From: SAR324 cluster bacterium
GTDB taxonomy: Bacteria > SAR324 > XYD2-FULL-50-16
NCBI GenBank assembly: GCA_028282885.1
Contig: JANQGX010000032.1
Location: 86,439 to 150,438, forward strand
Direction of reading: 5' to 3'
Length of the DNA stretch: 64,000 nt
The translations under genes and the position numbers were made by a program. The notes beneath the pieces were generated by a model, which made no database searches, was not told where the DNA came from, and saw only the letters and a list, made by a program, of their open reading frames with translations. Shown here one piece after another: positions 1 through 9,935 of this stretch; position 1 is the first letter of the stretch; each line of letters begins with the position of its first letter.

Positions 1-10
1 AGACCACGAC

Positions 11-1033
11 TTGCCCGTATCCCGTTTGGATGCGGGCATTGTTCAAAAAGGAGATTTTCAATTGACATCACGTTGGTGGATTAACCGGGGAGTTTCCAGC
101 TTGCTGGTACTGGTTGCGGCCTTGGTGGTCAACTTCGCCATTCCGCGATTAATGCCCGGCAGTCCCGTGGACATTTTCTCCGGTGGAGTGAAACTCACCC
201 GGGAGGCTCGACAGGCTATTGTGGAGCGTTTCGGTCTTGATGAGTCCGTCTGGGAACAATTCTATAAATATGTCGTCAATGCCGTCCAGGGTGATTTCGG
301 CGTTTCTTTCTTCTACTACCCCCAGCCGGTTATTGAGGTGATTATGGAAGCCCTTCCCTGGACGTTGCTGATTCTGGTGACTGCAATGATCTTTCAGGTC
401 GTTATCGGCTATTGGCTGGGAGCGATGGCTGCCTGGAAGGCCGGATCCAAAACGGATGCCATTCTCCAGGCGGTTTCGCTGTTTGTGTTTTCGACACCGC
501 TTTTCTGGGTAGCCATGGTCTTGCTCTATGTCTTTGGATATCAACTGGGCTGGTTTCCTTTGGGAGGCGCATACACCATCGGAGAAATATATGAGTCTGC
601 CTGGGACCAAGCATTGGATGTTATCAAGCATGCAACCCTGCCTGTGATATCATTGATCATTGCCCAGTACGCGACCTACCAGTTGATTCTAAGAAACAGT
701 ATGGTCGCTGTTCTCAAGGAGCAGTATATTCTTACTGCCGAAGCCAAAGGTTTGAGTAAGGGCCGGGTTAAACACCGGCACGCTGCCAGGAATGCCCTGT
801 TGCCCATGGTTACTTTCCTAAGCCTGAGCTTTGCCATCAGCCTGGGGGGATCAGTGTTTGTGGAAACTGTCTTTTCCTACCCCGGTGTTGGCAAACTGAT
901 TTTTGATTCGGTGATGTCCCGTGATTACCCGATGTTGCAGGGGTGTTTCTTTCTGTTTTCCCTGGTTGTCATTGCGGTTAATATCTTCGTGGATCTCATT
1001 TATCGATTTCTGGATCCAAGGATAGCGTACTGA
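11..1033 (+). CDS. ABC di/oligopeptide transporter permease, DppB/OppB family (N-terminus may extend upstream of window)
   Basis: 340-aa multi-TM protein with conserved BPD_transp_1 core (...EAKGLSKGRVKHRHAARNAL...); frame is open to position 2 so true start may be outside window; first of four contiguous Dpp/Opp-type genes. Confidence 0.85.
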   Translation: MPVSRLDAGIVQKGDFQLTSRWWINRGVSSLLVLVAALVVNFAIPRLMPGSPVDIFSGGVKLTREARQAIVERFGLDESVWEQFYKYVVNAVQGDFGVSFFYYPQPVIEVIMEALPWTLLILVTAMIFQVVIGYWLGAMAAWKAGSKTDAILQAVSLFVFSTPLFWVAMVLLYVFGYQLGWFPLGGAYTIGEIYESAWDQALDVIKHATLPVISLIIAQYATYQLILRNSMVAVLKEQYILTAEAKGLSKGRVKHRHAARNALLPMVTFLSLSFAISLGGSVFVETVFSYPGVGKLIFDSVMSRDYPMLQGCFFLFSLVVIAVNIFVDLIYRFLDPRIAY

Positions 1034-1165
1034 GACAAAAAGCAGTTCATCAAAAACCTGATATCCCCGATAGTCAACCGGGGTGAAGCCCCCGGAATTA
1101 GCGGTTAAGGGGCATTTCTGGTCTTTAATTGAGCGTTTCACGCAATTGAACGTGACACCGGTGTT

Positions 1166-2020
1166 ATGAGATCTGAACTACGAAAAATCGATCGATTCTG
1201 GCGAGTATATAAAAAAAGAAAATCGGCCGTTGCCGGATTGATTATTTTGACGGTGCTGGTAACAATTATCGTATTTGCACCAGTCTTCAGCCCCTACGAT
1301 CCTGATGCCAAAGATGCCATCCCCTTTACACCTCCGGGTTCGGAACATTTGCTGGGAACCAATGACATCGGAGTGGACATCCTCAGCGAAATGATCTATG
1401 CGGGCCGCGTATCCCTGATTGTGGGAATCACAGCCGCAGGGATCGTTGTTTTTATCGGATCCCTTATCGGGCTGTTCGCCGGTTTTCTGGGTGGATGGGT
1501 GGACGAGATTCTGATGAGAATAACGGATATCGTTATCATTTTGCCAAGATTCCCGCTGATGATCGTGATGGCTGCTTACCTGGGACCGGGAGTCTGGACC
1601 ATCATTTTTGCATATTCAATCGTCGGTTGGCCCAGTCTGACTAGACAGATCCGATCCCAAATACTATCCGTTAAGGAGGCTTCATTCATAGAAGCTTCCA
1701 GGGCGACGGGAGCCGGTAACATCCGGATTATGTTTACCCATGTTCTGCCCAATATCCAGGGAATCATCATCGCCAATGGTGTAATGGAGATCATGTTTGC
1801 CATTCTCACCGAAGCCGGATTGAGCTTCTTGGGACTGGGCGACCCCACCCAGAAAAGCTGGGGTGTGATGCTCTATTTTGCCCAGATTCAGGGTGCTTTT
1901 TTAAGAGGTGCCTGGTGGTGGATTTTTCCCCCGGGAATCTGCATTGCCTTGATTAGCTGTTCTTTTAACTATATCGGAACCGCCCTGAATGATCTTTTTG
2001 GATTGAAACTGGGCAAATAA
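1166..2020 (+). CDS. ABC di/oligopeptide transporter permease, DppC/OppC family
   Basis: 284-aa membrane protein, N-terminal OppC_N-like region followed by permease core; immediately follows DppB-like gene. Confidence 0.85.
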   Translation: MRSELRKIDRFWRVYKKRKSAVAGLIILTVLVTIIVFAPVFSPYDPDAKDAIPFTPPGSEHLLGTNDIGVDILSEMIYAGRVSLIVGITAAGIVVFIGSLIGLFAGFLGGWVDEILMRITDIVIILPRFPLMIVMAAYLGPGVWTIIFAYSIVGWPSLTRQIRSQILSVKEASFIEASRATGAGNIRIMFTHVLPNIQGIIIANGVMEIMFAILTEAGLSFLGLGDPTQKSWGVMLYFAQIQGAFLRGAWWWIFPPGICIALISCSFNYIGTALNDLFGLKLGK

Positions 2021-2114
2021 CAAGCTGGGGTTCAATGGAACAGGGATTTATCTGGGCATGTTTTCAAACTGGACATGCCAGGTAAGGCACTTATCCAAAT
2101 AAGAGGTTCGCTGA

Positions 2115-3083
2115 ATGAGTCTGCTGTCGATCGAGAATCTGAAAACCCACTATTATACTGATAGCGGTGTTGTAAAAGCGTTGGGAGGCGTGGACCTCAT
2201 CCTGGAAAAAGGAGAGTCCGTTGGGATTGCCGGCGAGTCCGGGTGCGGAAAAAGCACCTTGGCCTTGTCTTTGATCAGGCTGATTAAAAACGGAGAAATC
2301 ATCCATGGCAAGATTCGACTGGAGGGGCAATCCCTGTTGGAATTACCGGAAAAGGAGTTCAACAGGATACGGTGGAACAGGATTTCCATGATCTCGCAGG
2401 CAGCTATGGGCGGTCTGAATCCGGTCTTTACCATCGGAACCCAGATTGTGGAAGGGATTCTCCAACATCGAAAAATGAAGAAGAGAGCAGCCATGGCGCT
2501 GGCCAGGGAACTGTTGAGAAAGGTGGAGATTGATCCGGATATGGTGAAAAATTACCCACATCAACTCAGCGGAGGAATGAAACAGAGAGCCATGATCGCC
2601 ATGGCACTGGCTCTGGAACCGGATGTGGTTATAGCGGATGAACCGACTACGGCACTGGATGTGGTTATTCAGGCGCAGATTATCAAAATGCTGAGAAAGC
2701 TCCAGAAAGAGATGAATCTCTCGGTGCTTTTTATCTCACACGATCTCTCCATTCTGGCCCAGGCCTGTGACAGGATCATGATTATGTATGGCGGTAAGTG
2801 TATGGAATCGGGAGACACCGCTACCCTTTTTAAAAATCCGCAACATCCCTATACCAGGGCCCTGATCAATGCTTTTCCGGATTTGAAATCCAGGAGGGAT
2901 AAACTGACCGGCCTTCCCGGTAATACCCCGGATATGACAAACCCGCCAACCGGATGTTGCTTTCATCCCAGGTGTGCTCTGGTCAAAGATCGATGCATTT
3001 CTGAGCAACCGGTACGACAGGAAATCAATGGGGATCATGTGGTCTATTGCCATTTTGCAAAACCGTTATCAGAGGAGAATTAA
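2115..3083 (+). CDS. ABC transporter ATP-binding protein, DppD/OppD family
   Basis: Walker A GESGCGKST, ABC signature LSGGMKQR, Walker B VVIADEPTTALD, C-terminal oligopeptide-type extension with Cys cluster. Confidence 0.9.
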   Translation: MSLLSIENLKTHYYTDSGVVKALGGVDLILEKGESVGIAGESGCGKSTLALSLIRLIKNGEIIHGKIRLEGQSLLELPEKEFNRIRWNRISMISQAAMGGLNPVFTIGTQIVEGILQHRKMKKRAAMALARELLRKVEIDPDMVKNYPHQLSGGMKQRAMIAMALALEPDVVIADEPTTALDVVIQAQIIKMLRKLQKEMNLSVLFISHDLSILAQACDRIMIMYGGKCMESGDTATLFKNPQHPYTRALINAFPDLKSRRDKLTGLPGNTPDMTNPPTGCCFHPRCALVKDRCISEQPVRQEINGDHVVYCHFAKPLSEEN

Positions 3084-4051
3084 CAGTGGATGCGATTTAT
3101 CGGATAACCGATTTAACAAAATCATATCCGCTACCGGGGGGTGGACTGCTTAAAAAAAACCGAAAAGTATTCAGGGCAGTCGACAAGGTCAGTCTGGAGA
3201 TCAACTCCGGGGATACCTTTGGTATTGTTGGCGAGAGCGGCAGCGGTAAAACAACACTGGCCAGACTGCTGTTGCGCTTGATCGAGCCGACCGACGGCAA
3301 TGTCTATTATAAGGGAAGAGATGTATTCAGGCTTAACCGTAGTGAACTTAAGAAGACCCGCAAGGAAATCCAGATGATTTTTCAAGATCCTTATAGTTCC
3401 CTGGATCCCAGAAAATCGATTTTTAACATCATAGCGGAACCTCTGAAGGTCCATAAAACAGGCAGCCTGTCAGACATTCATACCAGAATTGTAGAGACAC
3501 TGGAATTGGTCGATTTGCCGACTTCGGATGATTTTCTCAGTAAAACACCGGGAGAAATCAGTGGTGGGCAACGACAGCGGATCGGTATTGCCAGAGCGCT
3601 TGTTTTAAAACCGGAATTCGTGGTGGCGGATGAGCCGGTCAGTATGCTGGATGCCAGCATCAAGGCTGGAATTATCGAGTTGATGACACAACTGAAAAAA
3701 AAGATCAATCTTACCTATGTCTTCATCACCCATGAACTGGCATTAGCATATCACTTCTGTAACCGGATTGCAGTGATGTACCTGGGTGAAGTGGTGGAGA
3801 CGGGGAATATCGATGATGTGATTCAATCTCCGGCACACCCTTATACCAGGCTGCTATTAGATTCCATACCACCGACCGAGCCCGATCCGGATTGGCTTGA
3901 CAAACGGTTTGGAAAATCAGATTTTTCCAGAAACGCCGAAGGATGCAAGTTTTTTGTGAGATGTCCAAATCCCAAGGATTCCTGTCTCCATTTCAGACCT
4001 TCGCTATCGGAAATCAAAAGAGGCCACATGGTAGCCTGCCAGTTGGGTTAA
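3047..4051 (+). CDS. ABC transporter ATP-binding protein, DppF/OppF family
   Basis: Walker A GESGSGKTT, signature ISGGQRQR, Walker B VVADEPVSMLD; overlaps upstream ATPase gene by 37 nt (operonic). Confidence 0.9.
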   Translation: MPFCKTVIRGELTVDAIYRITDLTKSYPLPGGGLLKKNRKVFRAVDKVSLEINSGDTFGIVGESGSGKTTLARLLLRLIEPTDGNVYYKGRDVFRLNRSELKKTRKEIQMIFQDPYSSLDPRKSIFNIIAEPLKVHKTGSLSDIHTRIVETLELVDLPTSDDFLSKTPGEISGGQRQRIGIARALVLKPEFVVADEPVSMLDASIKAGIIELMTQLKKKINLTYVFITHELALAYHFCNRIAVMYLGEVVETGNIDDVIQSPAHPYTRLLLDSIPPTEPDPDWLDKRFGKSDFSRNAEGCKFFVRCPNPKDSCLHFRPSLSEIKRGHMVACQLG

Positions 4052-4196
4052 ACTTTTTAGCCGACTATAATATTGCAGCGGTAAAACTAGAAAATGAACA
4101 TGCATTCGTTGTGTGTTCCTCATTTAGGTGACAATCAATGAAACAACCTGAAATAGGTTTTGTCCCCTTATTTATAGCAGTTTTTGAAGGAGAAAT

Positions 4197-6131
4197 ATGA
4201 ACCCGGAAGAGTATCTGATTGAGACAGGTAAGCCGTTTGAGTGGCAGTACCCCCTTGACTATAATGAAGTAATCGAAACCGAATGCGATGTACTGGTCCT
4301 TGGCGGTGGAGTTTCCGGTTGTTTTGCCGCCATTGCTGCCGCCAGAAAAGGCCTGCAGGTGACTCTGGTGGAAAAAGGATGTGTTAAACACAGTGGTGCT
4401 GCGGGTAGCGGTGTTGATCACTGGATGGATTGTCCTAGCAACCCTGCCAGCAGAATCACTCCGGAAGACTATATTAAGCCCCTGGACGTCCATAAGGGAG
4501 GATATGCCAACTACATTGGATCATACATCACTGCCAGGGATAGCTGGGAAACGTTACGTGAACTGGAAGAGATGGGGATGAAGATTCGCGATGAGGATGA
4601 TGTCTTTAAAGGAGCCGATTTTCGCGACGAGAAAAGCAAGCTTCTTTTTGCCTACGATTATACGACAAGACATTGCATCCGGATCTGGGGAACCCAGATG
4701 AAACCGGCTCTTTTCAAAGAGTGTAAAAGGCTGGGGGTAAACATGGTGGAAAGAACCATGGCAACAGATCTTTTGAATGAAAACGGAGAACAGGGTGCCA
4801 GGGTGGTGGGAGCAACAGGGATGAATGTACGAACCGGTGCCTTTCATGTTTTCAAAGCCAAAGCTACTGTACTCGCCATGGCAACCCCGGAAAGAGTCTG
4901 GATTTTCTCAACGGAACATACCGGACTTGTCGGCAGAGATGGTCCCCCCACCAACGCCGGAAACGGGTTTGCCATGGCCTGGAAGGCAGGAGCTGAATTT
5001 GTGCGTATGGAAGCCTCCAGCCACGAAGAGTGGGGTGGTAGTACAGGAATCGGAACCGTCATGTTTGGCAGCGGATCCAATTTTGCGACCTGGTTTCCCT
5101 GCTCTATTGTGGATGCCGAAGGCAAGGAGGTGCCCTGGATTGGTAAAAACGGAGAGATTATCGACAACTTCTCGCGGAGGGCTAATCCCGGTCCCGATGA
5201 CGACTTCTACTGCCTGGTACTGGGAGGTAAGGAAGATGTTTCAGTGGCCTTGCCCCAGCTTGTGCCGGACCTGAGAGAGAGAATTAAAAAAGGCGAGTTC
5301 AAACTGCCTCTCTATGCCGATCTTCCCGGGATTTCGGAACATGAACGACGTGCTATATTCGGCCTGATGGTCGGACAGGAAGGGCACACCTGGCCGGTTT
5401 ATCGAAATCTGACCAGGGCCGGCTTCGATCCGGATAAAGACATGCTCCAGGTTTACGAGTTGGGGGATGCCCCCTTGGGCTGGAGAAGATTAAGATACGG
5501 GGGTGTGATCACCGGATGGGACCTTCAGACCTCAGTGGAGGGGCTGTTTGCGGCAGGACAACAACTCTTCGACGGGATGGGCGTTGCCCATGCCTGCAGT
5601 ACGGGAAGATGGGCCGGCCGACATGCGGCCGAATTTGCGAAAAACGCAGATGAACCGGCAATCAGCACGGATCAAGTGAGCCGGGAAAGACAGAGAATCT
5701 ACTCTCCACTCAAAACAGAACAGGGAATTAACTGGAAGGAGCTAGCCGCTGGAATTGCCAAGGTTATGCAGGACTACTGCGGAGATACCAAAACCGATGA
5801 ACTGATGAAAATCGGGACCCTGGCCATCGATGAAATCAAACACTCCGAAGCTACCCAACTCCATGCCAGAAATCCTCATGAACTGATGAGAGCACTGGAG
5901 ATTCTGGATGTTCTGACGGTATGTGAAATGATTCTCGCTGCCTGCCGTGCCAGAAAAGCCAGCAATAGCTGGATTTTCTTCGAACACCTGGACTACCCCG
6001 AAAACGATCCTGATGACTGGCGCAAGTGGATTACTATTAAACTGGAAAAAAACGAAGAGGTTGTCGGTGAAGCCCCCTTGGATTTTTACGGCTCGCTGAC
6101 CGAAAATTATGAAAAGTATAAAATCGATTAA
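4197..6131 (+). CDS. FAD-dependent oxidoreductase, adenylylsulfate reductase alpha (AprA)/fumarate reductase flavoprotein-like
   Basis: 644 aa; N-terminal dinucleotide fold DVLVLGGGVSGCFAAIAAARKGLQVTLVEKG resembles AprA; size matches AprA (~660 aa); GAAGGAG RBS before ATG. Confidence 0.6.
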   Translation: MNPEEYLIETGKPFEWQYPLDYNEVIETECDVLVLGGGVSGCFAAIAAARKGLQVTLVEKGCVKHSGAAGSGVDHWMDCPSNPASRITPEDYIKPLDVHKGGYANYIGSYITARDSWETLRELEEMGMKIRDEDDVFKGADFRDEKSKLLFAYDYTTRHCIRIWGTQMKPALFKECKRLGVNMVERTMATDLLNENGEQGARVVGATGMNVRTGAFHVFKAKATVLAMATPERVWIFSTEHTGLVGRDGPPTNAGNGFAMAWKAGAEFVRMEASSHEEWGGSTGIGTVMFGSGSNFATWFPCSIVDAEGKEVPWIGKNGEIIDNFSRRANPGPDDDFYCLVLGGKEDVSVALPQLVPDLRERIKKGEFKLPLYADLPGISEHERRAIFGLMVGQEGHTWPVYRNLTRAGFDPDKDMLQVYELGDAPLGWRRLRYGGVITGWDLQTSVEGLFAAGQQLFDGMGVAHACSTGRWAGRHAAEFAKNADEPAISTDQVSRERQRIYSPLKTEQGINWKELAAGIAKVMQDYCGDTKTDELMKIGTLAIDEIKHSEATQLHARNPHELMRALEILDVLTVCEMILAACRARKASNSWIFFEHLDYPENDPDDWRKWITIKLEKNEEVVGEAPLDFYGSLTENYEKYKID

Positions 6132-6137
6132 AGGATT

Positions 6138-6488
6138 GTGAACATGAAGGAATCAAAAGTATATGCCCTCCCGAACAGAATCACCCCCAATCAGCCGGTA
6201 CTGATCGATGTCGAGGTCTGTATCGGCTGTAACCTTTGCGTTGAGGCTTGTCCCAACGATGTAATGATGCCCAATCCTGAGAAGAAAGAGGTACCGATCA
6301 TACTCTACCCTGAAGAATGCTGGTACTGCGCCTGTTGTGTCATGGAATGTCCCGTGAAAGACAAGAATGCCATTGAGGTCAACTGGCCCATGATGCAGCG
6401 TGTACGCTGGAAACGCAAGGAGACCGGTCAGCATTATCGAATTGGTATGCCCAATCCACCGGCTCCCAACACCAAACCCCCGGTTTAA
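6138..6488 (+). CDS. AprB-like 2x[4Fe-4S] ferredoxin
   Basis: 116 aa; two cluster motifs CIGCNLCVEACP and CWYCACCVMECP with the AprB-like spacing and a basic C-terminal tail; 6 nt downstream of flavoprotein gene. Confidence 0.6.
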   Translation: MNMKESKVYALPNRITPNQPVLIDVEVCIGCNLCVEACPNDVMMPNPEKKEVPIILYPEECWYCACCVMECPVKDKNAIEVNWPMMQRVRWKRKETGQHYRIGMPNPPAPNTKPPV

Positions 6489-6849
6489 AGTTGCTCGGTC
6501 AAAGTTTCTTTTAAAACCTTGTAGGTGCTGCCGCCAGGTGGTAATCAAATCAATTATCCAGGCCAGATTACGCAAAAATGCAACTACCTCAGTAACGCAA
6601 TCTCCATTGCGTGTTTCTTCCAAATACAGTTTTTCGGGAAACAGGGAGAAGTTTCCGGGAAGAGATATATTTTTCATTTATGTCCCTCCGAACTATCCGG
6701 CATACTTCTCACGGTTCGGCCGCTTGCAAAAGTGCTCAATTAGATGAATAATTACCGATAAAAGAACAATTGGAAACAAGAGTACACTTTTGCCGGCCGG
6801 TTCGGCACGAGCAAATCTAACCGAATTCAACCCGAATCAAACCACCATC

Positions 6850-8253
6850 ATGTCAGACACCATTTATGATATTGCCGTTATCGGTTCCGGTCCTGCCGGT
6901 GAGAAAGCCGCACTGGAAGCTGCGGGACTGGGAGCCAGTGTAGTTGTTATCGAAAAAGGAATCAGACCGGGGGGAGCTTCGGTTATTACCGGTACTATTC
7001 CCAGCAAGTCGTTGCGGGAGACGGTAAAGCATGTCGAACTCCTTTCCGGTGGCGAGATCAGTGGCATTGATGTCCGTCTTGATCGGAAGCTGACCATACC
7101 GGAGCTGATGAATCACAAAAACAATGTTATCTCCGAGCGGGTGGAGGATATTGTGTCAACCTACGAAAATGCCGGGGTGGATTATGTTTTCGGTAAGGCC
7201 CGCTTTCAAACTCCCCATGAGCTGTTTGTCGACTGTACTGAAAACAGCGAGTCCATGGTCATCAAAGCTGAAAAATTTATCATCGCCGTGGGGACCAATC
7301 CGTACCACCCTGAAGATATCGAATTTGACGGCAAATATATTCTTGATTCGGATACCATTCTGCAGTTGGAAGAGATACCCGAATCGCTTGTCATCATCGG
7401 TGGCGGTGTTATTGGTTGTGAATATGCTTCCATTTTCTGCAGATTGGGCACCAGGGTATCCCTGATTGATCCCAGGGGGGCATTGCTCGATTTCATCGAT
7501 CACGATATTTCCGAAGCCTTGGCAGGTCAAATGAGGGAGGATGGCATCAATCTCTGCCTTGCCTGTAATTACAAGGAAGTAAGAGTGGAAAACGGGTCGG
7601 TTGCTATATACCTGGACGATGGAAATAAGGTCCTGGCTTCTGCCATGCTGTTTGCAAACGGGCGCCAGGGAATGGCAGACGAGTTGAATCTAGACGTATG
7701 CGGGCTGGAGATCAACAGGCGAAATCAACTGGAAGTCAACGACAACTACCAGACCAGGGTTCCCCATATTTATGCCGTCGGAGATGTGATCGGTTTTCCC
7801 TCCCTGGTTTCCGTCAGCAATGAAGAGGGTCGTATGGCCGCCAGAAGTGCGGTATTAGGAGAGCATACCCAAAGGGTTGGATCCAACATCCCTTACGGCA
7901 TTTATACGATTCCCGAGATTTCCATGATCGGTCCTACGGAGAAAGAACTGATCGATCAGGGGGTCTCGTACGGGATTGGAATCTGTCGATTCAAAGACCT
8001 GGCCAGGGGGCTGATCATCGGCGATCGAATCGGGATGGTCAAACTGCTTTTTCACAAGGAAACAAAAGAGCTGCTGGCTGTCCATATGTTTGGTAAAACA
8101 GCATCGGAGCTGGTCCATATTGCCCAGGCCGTGATTCATTACAGGGGTAAGATCGACTATTTCCTGGACAATGTTTTCAATTTTCCCACCCTCTCCTCTT
8201 CCTTCAAGGTCGCCGCCCGGCAGGGATTAATGGAAATTGATCAATCGGATTAA
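6850..8253 (+). CDS. sthA: soluble pyridine nucleotide transhydrogenase
   Basis: Near-collinear similarity to E. coli SthA (IYDIAVIGSGPAGE..., KFIIAVGTNPYHPEDIEFDGKYILDSDTIL..., VIGCEYASIF..., YAVGDVIGFPSL..., IPYGIYTIPEIS...); start reassigned to ATG 6850 by alignment with SthA N-terminus (ORF track gives 6790). Confidence 0.8.
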   Translation: MSDTIYDIAVIGSGPAGEKAALEAAGLGASVVVIEKGIRPGGASVITGTIPSKSLRETVKHVELLSGGEISGIDVRLDRKLTIPELMNHKNNVISERVEDIVSTYENAGVDYVFGKARFQTPHELFVDCTENSESMVIKAEKFIIAVGTNPYHPEDIEFDGKYILDSDTILQLEEIPESLVIIGGGVIGCEYASIFCRLGTRVSLIDPRGALLDFIDHDISEALAGQMREDGINLCLACNYKEVRVENGSVAIYLDDGNKVLASAMLFANGRQGMADELNLDVCGLEINRRNQLEVNDNYQTRVPHIYAVGDVIGFPSLVSVSNEEGRMAARSAVLGEHTQRVGSNIPYGIYTIPEISMIGPTEKELIDQGVSYGIGICRFKDLARGLIIGDRIGMVKLLFHKETKELLAVHMFGKTASELVHIAQAVIHYRGKIDYFLDNVFNFPTLSSSFKVAARQGLMEIDQSD

Positions 8254-9041
8254 CCGGGGATCTCCAAATCGATTCCGACCGGACAGTGGTCGGAGCCGAA
8301 TATGTCATTGTCGATAAAGGCTTCCTTTAACCAGTTTTGTTCGATCAGGTTACGGGTAACAAAGAAATAGTCAATACGCCACCCTGCGTTTGTTTTTCGA
8401 GCGTTAAACCGGTAAGACCACCATGAATACTTGACGGTATCGGGGTAAAGGTGCCGGAAGGTATCCACGTAGCCCTCTTCTATGATCCTGTCCAGCCAGT
8501 CTCTTTCGATGCGTAAAAATCCCGATCGCTTTTCGTTGGATTTTGGGTGTCGCAGATCGATCTCGTTGTGTGCCGTGTTGTAATCACCGGTAATAACCAG
8601 GGGAATGTCCTTCTTTTTGAACTGATCCAGATACTTGAAAAAGGCGTCGTAAAAATCCAGCTTGTACTGCAGGCGCTCATCATCCTTCTGACCGTTGGGG
8701 AAGTAAATATTGTAAAGCCTGAAGTTTTCAAAAACCAGTTCCAGAATCCTCCCTTCCTGGTCGAATTTCTCGATCCCAACTCCGTGATTGACTTCCAGCG
8801 GTTTAATCCTGGAGTAGACGGCTACACCGCTATAACCTTTTTTTACTGTTGAATAGGACCAGTAGGACTCATACCCTTTCATGTTGATCATGGCATCCTC
8901 TCGCTGGTGATCCTGCAGTTTGGTTTCCTGGATGCAGAGCACATCGGCATCCATCTGTTTGACCAGCTTGGGGAAATCTTTTTTCATCACGGCCCTGAGT
9001 CCGTTAACATTCCAGGAAATTATTTTCATATTCCGGCTCAT
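8250..9041 (-). CDS. xth: exodeoxyribonuclease III
   Basis: 263 aa, MKIISWNVNGLRA... N-terminus and Xth/APE1 fold motifs throughout (QETK, GDYN, SDHCPV). Confidence 0.9.
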   Translation of the reverse strand: MSRNMKIISWNVNGLRAVMKKDFPKLVKQMDADVLCIQETKLQDHQREDAMINMKGYESYWSYSTVKKGYSGVAVYSRIKPLEVNHGVGIEKFDQEGRILELVFENFRLYNIYFPNGQKDDERLQYKLDFYDAFFKYLDQFKKKDIPLVITGDYNTAHNEIDLRHPKSNEKRSGFLRIERDWLDRIIEEGYVDTFRHLYPDTVKYSWWSYRFNARKTNAGWRIDYFFVTRNLIEQNWLKEAFIDNDIFGSDHCPVGIDLEIPG

Positions 9042-9047
9042 ATCTTT

Positions 9048-9212
9048 TTACTCCTCATATTTTCTGAATTCTGATTTTGGAAGTCCGCAGGCGGGGCAGA
9101 TCCAATCCTCAGGGAGATCCTCAAATGGGGTACCGGGTTCGATTCCCATATCCGGAATTCCTTCGTCCGGATCGTATGTATAAAAACAGCTGCTGCAGAC
9201 ATATCTCACCAT
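9048..9212 (-). CDS. rubredoxin (54 aa; absent from ORF track because <60 aa)
   Basis: Manual translation of minus strand: [54 protein letters not shown]; two CxxC knuckles with canonical rubredoxin spacing; AGAGG RBS 6 nt upstream; ends 7 nt before xth start. Confidence 0.8.
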   Translation of the reverse strand: MVRYVCSSCFYTYDPDEGIPDMGIEPGTPFEDLPEDWICPACGLPKSEFRKYEE

Positions 9213-9268
9213 GTTAACCTCTTGCTTGTTTTGTTGCTCGATTCACGGTTTCCCGTGTTCACTTAACT

Positions 9269-9934
9269 TCATCGCTGCTCACCCGGGGCTAAATCAGAAC
9301 TACTCCCGCGCTCATCCTTCTTCCCGGATCTTACCAGGGTGTGGTATCCGGCAAAGATCCGCAGAATGGTAGTAATCCAGCAGAGAATCGCAAATCCATA
9401 AGCCAAAATCGGAAAATGGGAGGGAAAAAGACAGAACAGAACCATGATGGCGATGGTTTCGGTTCCTTCGGTCAGCCCTTCAAGATAGTAAAGACTTTTC
9501 TGGGGATACACAATACTCTTGATGTCCTGTTTGGCTGCCATAACCGCAAAGGCCAGAAAACTGGTTCCGGTTCCCATGAATGAAACCACAAGGGTGACAG
9601 CCGGAAGCCCGTTAACTTCGGGGTTTGCCAGCGCGAAGCCCCAGACTACCCCTGAATAGAATATAAAATCCAGCGTTATATCCAGAAAACCGCCCGCATC
9701 GGTCACTCCTCTTATTCTGGCCAACGTTCCATCCAGCCCGTCCATGATTCGGTTAATAACTATGGCGACCAACGCCAGTAAATAGCGTTCCTGCCAGAGT
9801 GCCGGTATAGCCAGAATGCCAATCAGAAAGCCGATAACGGAGATCTGGTTGGCGGTAATTCCCGTTTTTTCAACCAGATTCGCTGTTCTTTTGAGGAACG
9901 GCTTAGACCACTCAATTGTCCATCTGTCCAACAT
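9269..9934 (-). CDS. CDP-alcohol phosphatidyltransferase family protein
   Basis: Signature DGLDGTLARIRGVTDAGGFLDITLD (D-G-x2-A-R-x8-G-x3-D-x3-D); multi-TM; start moved to ATG 9934 (AAGGGGG RBS) rather than ORF-track 9994. Confidence 0.75.
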   Translation of the reverse strand: MLDRWTIEWSKPFLKRTANLVEKTGITANQISVIGFLIGILAIPALWQERYLLALVAIVINRIMDGLDGTLARIRGVTDAGGFLDITLDFIFYSGVVWGFALANPEVNGLPAVTLVVSFMGTGTSFLAFAVMAAKQDIKSIVYPQKSLYYLEGLTEGTETIAIMVLFCLFPSHFPILAYGFAILCWITTILRIFAGYHTLVRSGKKDERGSSSDLAPGEQR

Positions 9935-9935
9935 C

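Noticed and set aside
149-631. 160-aa minus-strand ORF
   Set aside because: Antisense within the DppB-like permease gene.
6153-6677. 174-aa minus-strand ORF with a GGAGGG RBS-like sequence
   Set aside because: Two-thirds of it lies antisense to the AprB-like ferredoxin gene; no motif; most likely spurious. Only its first ~60 codons are intergenic.
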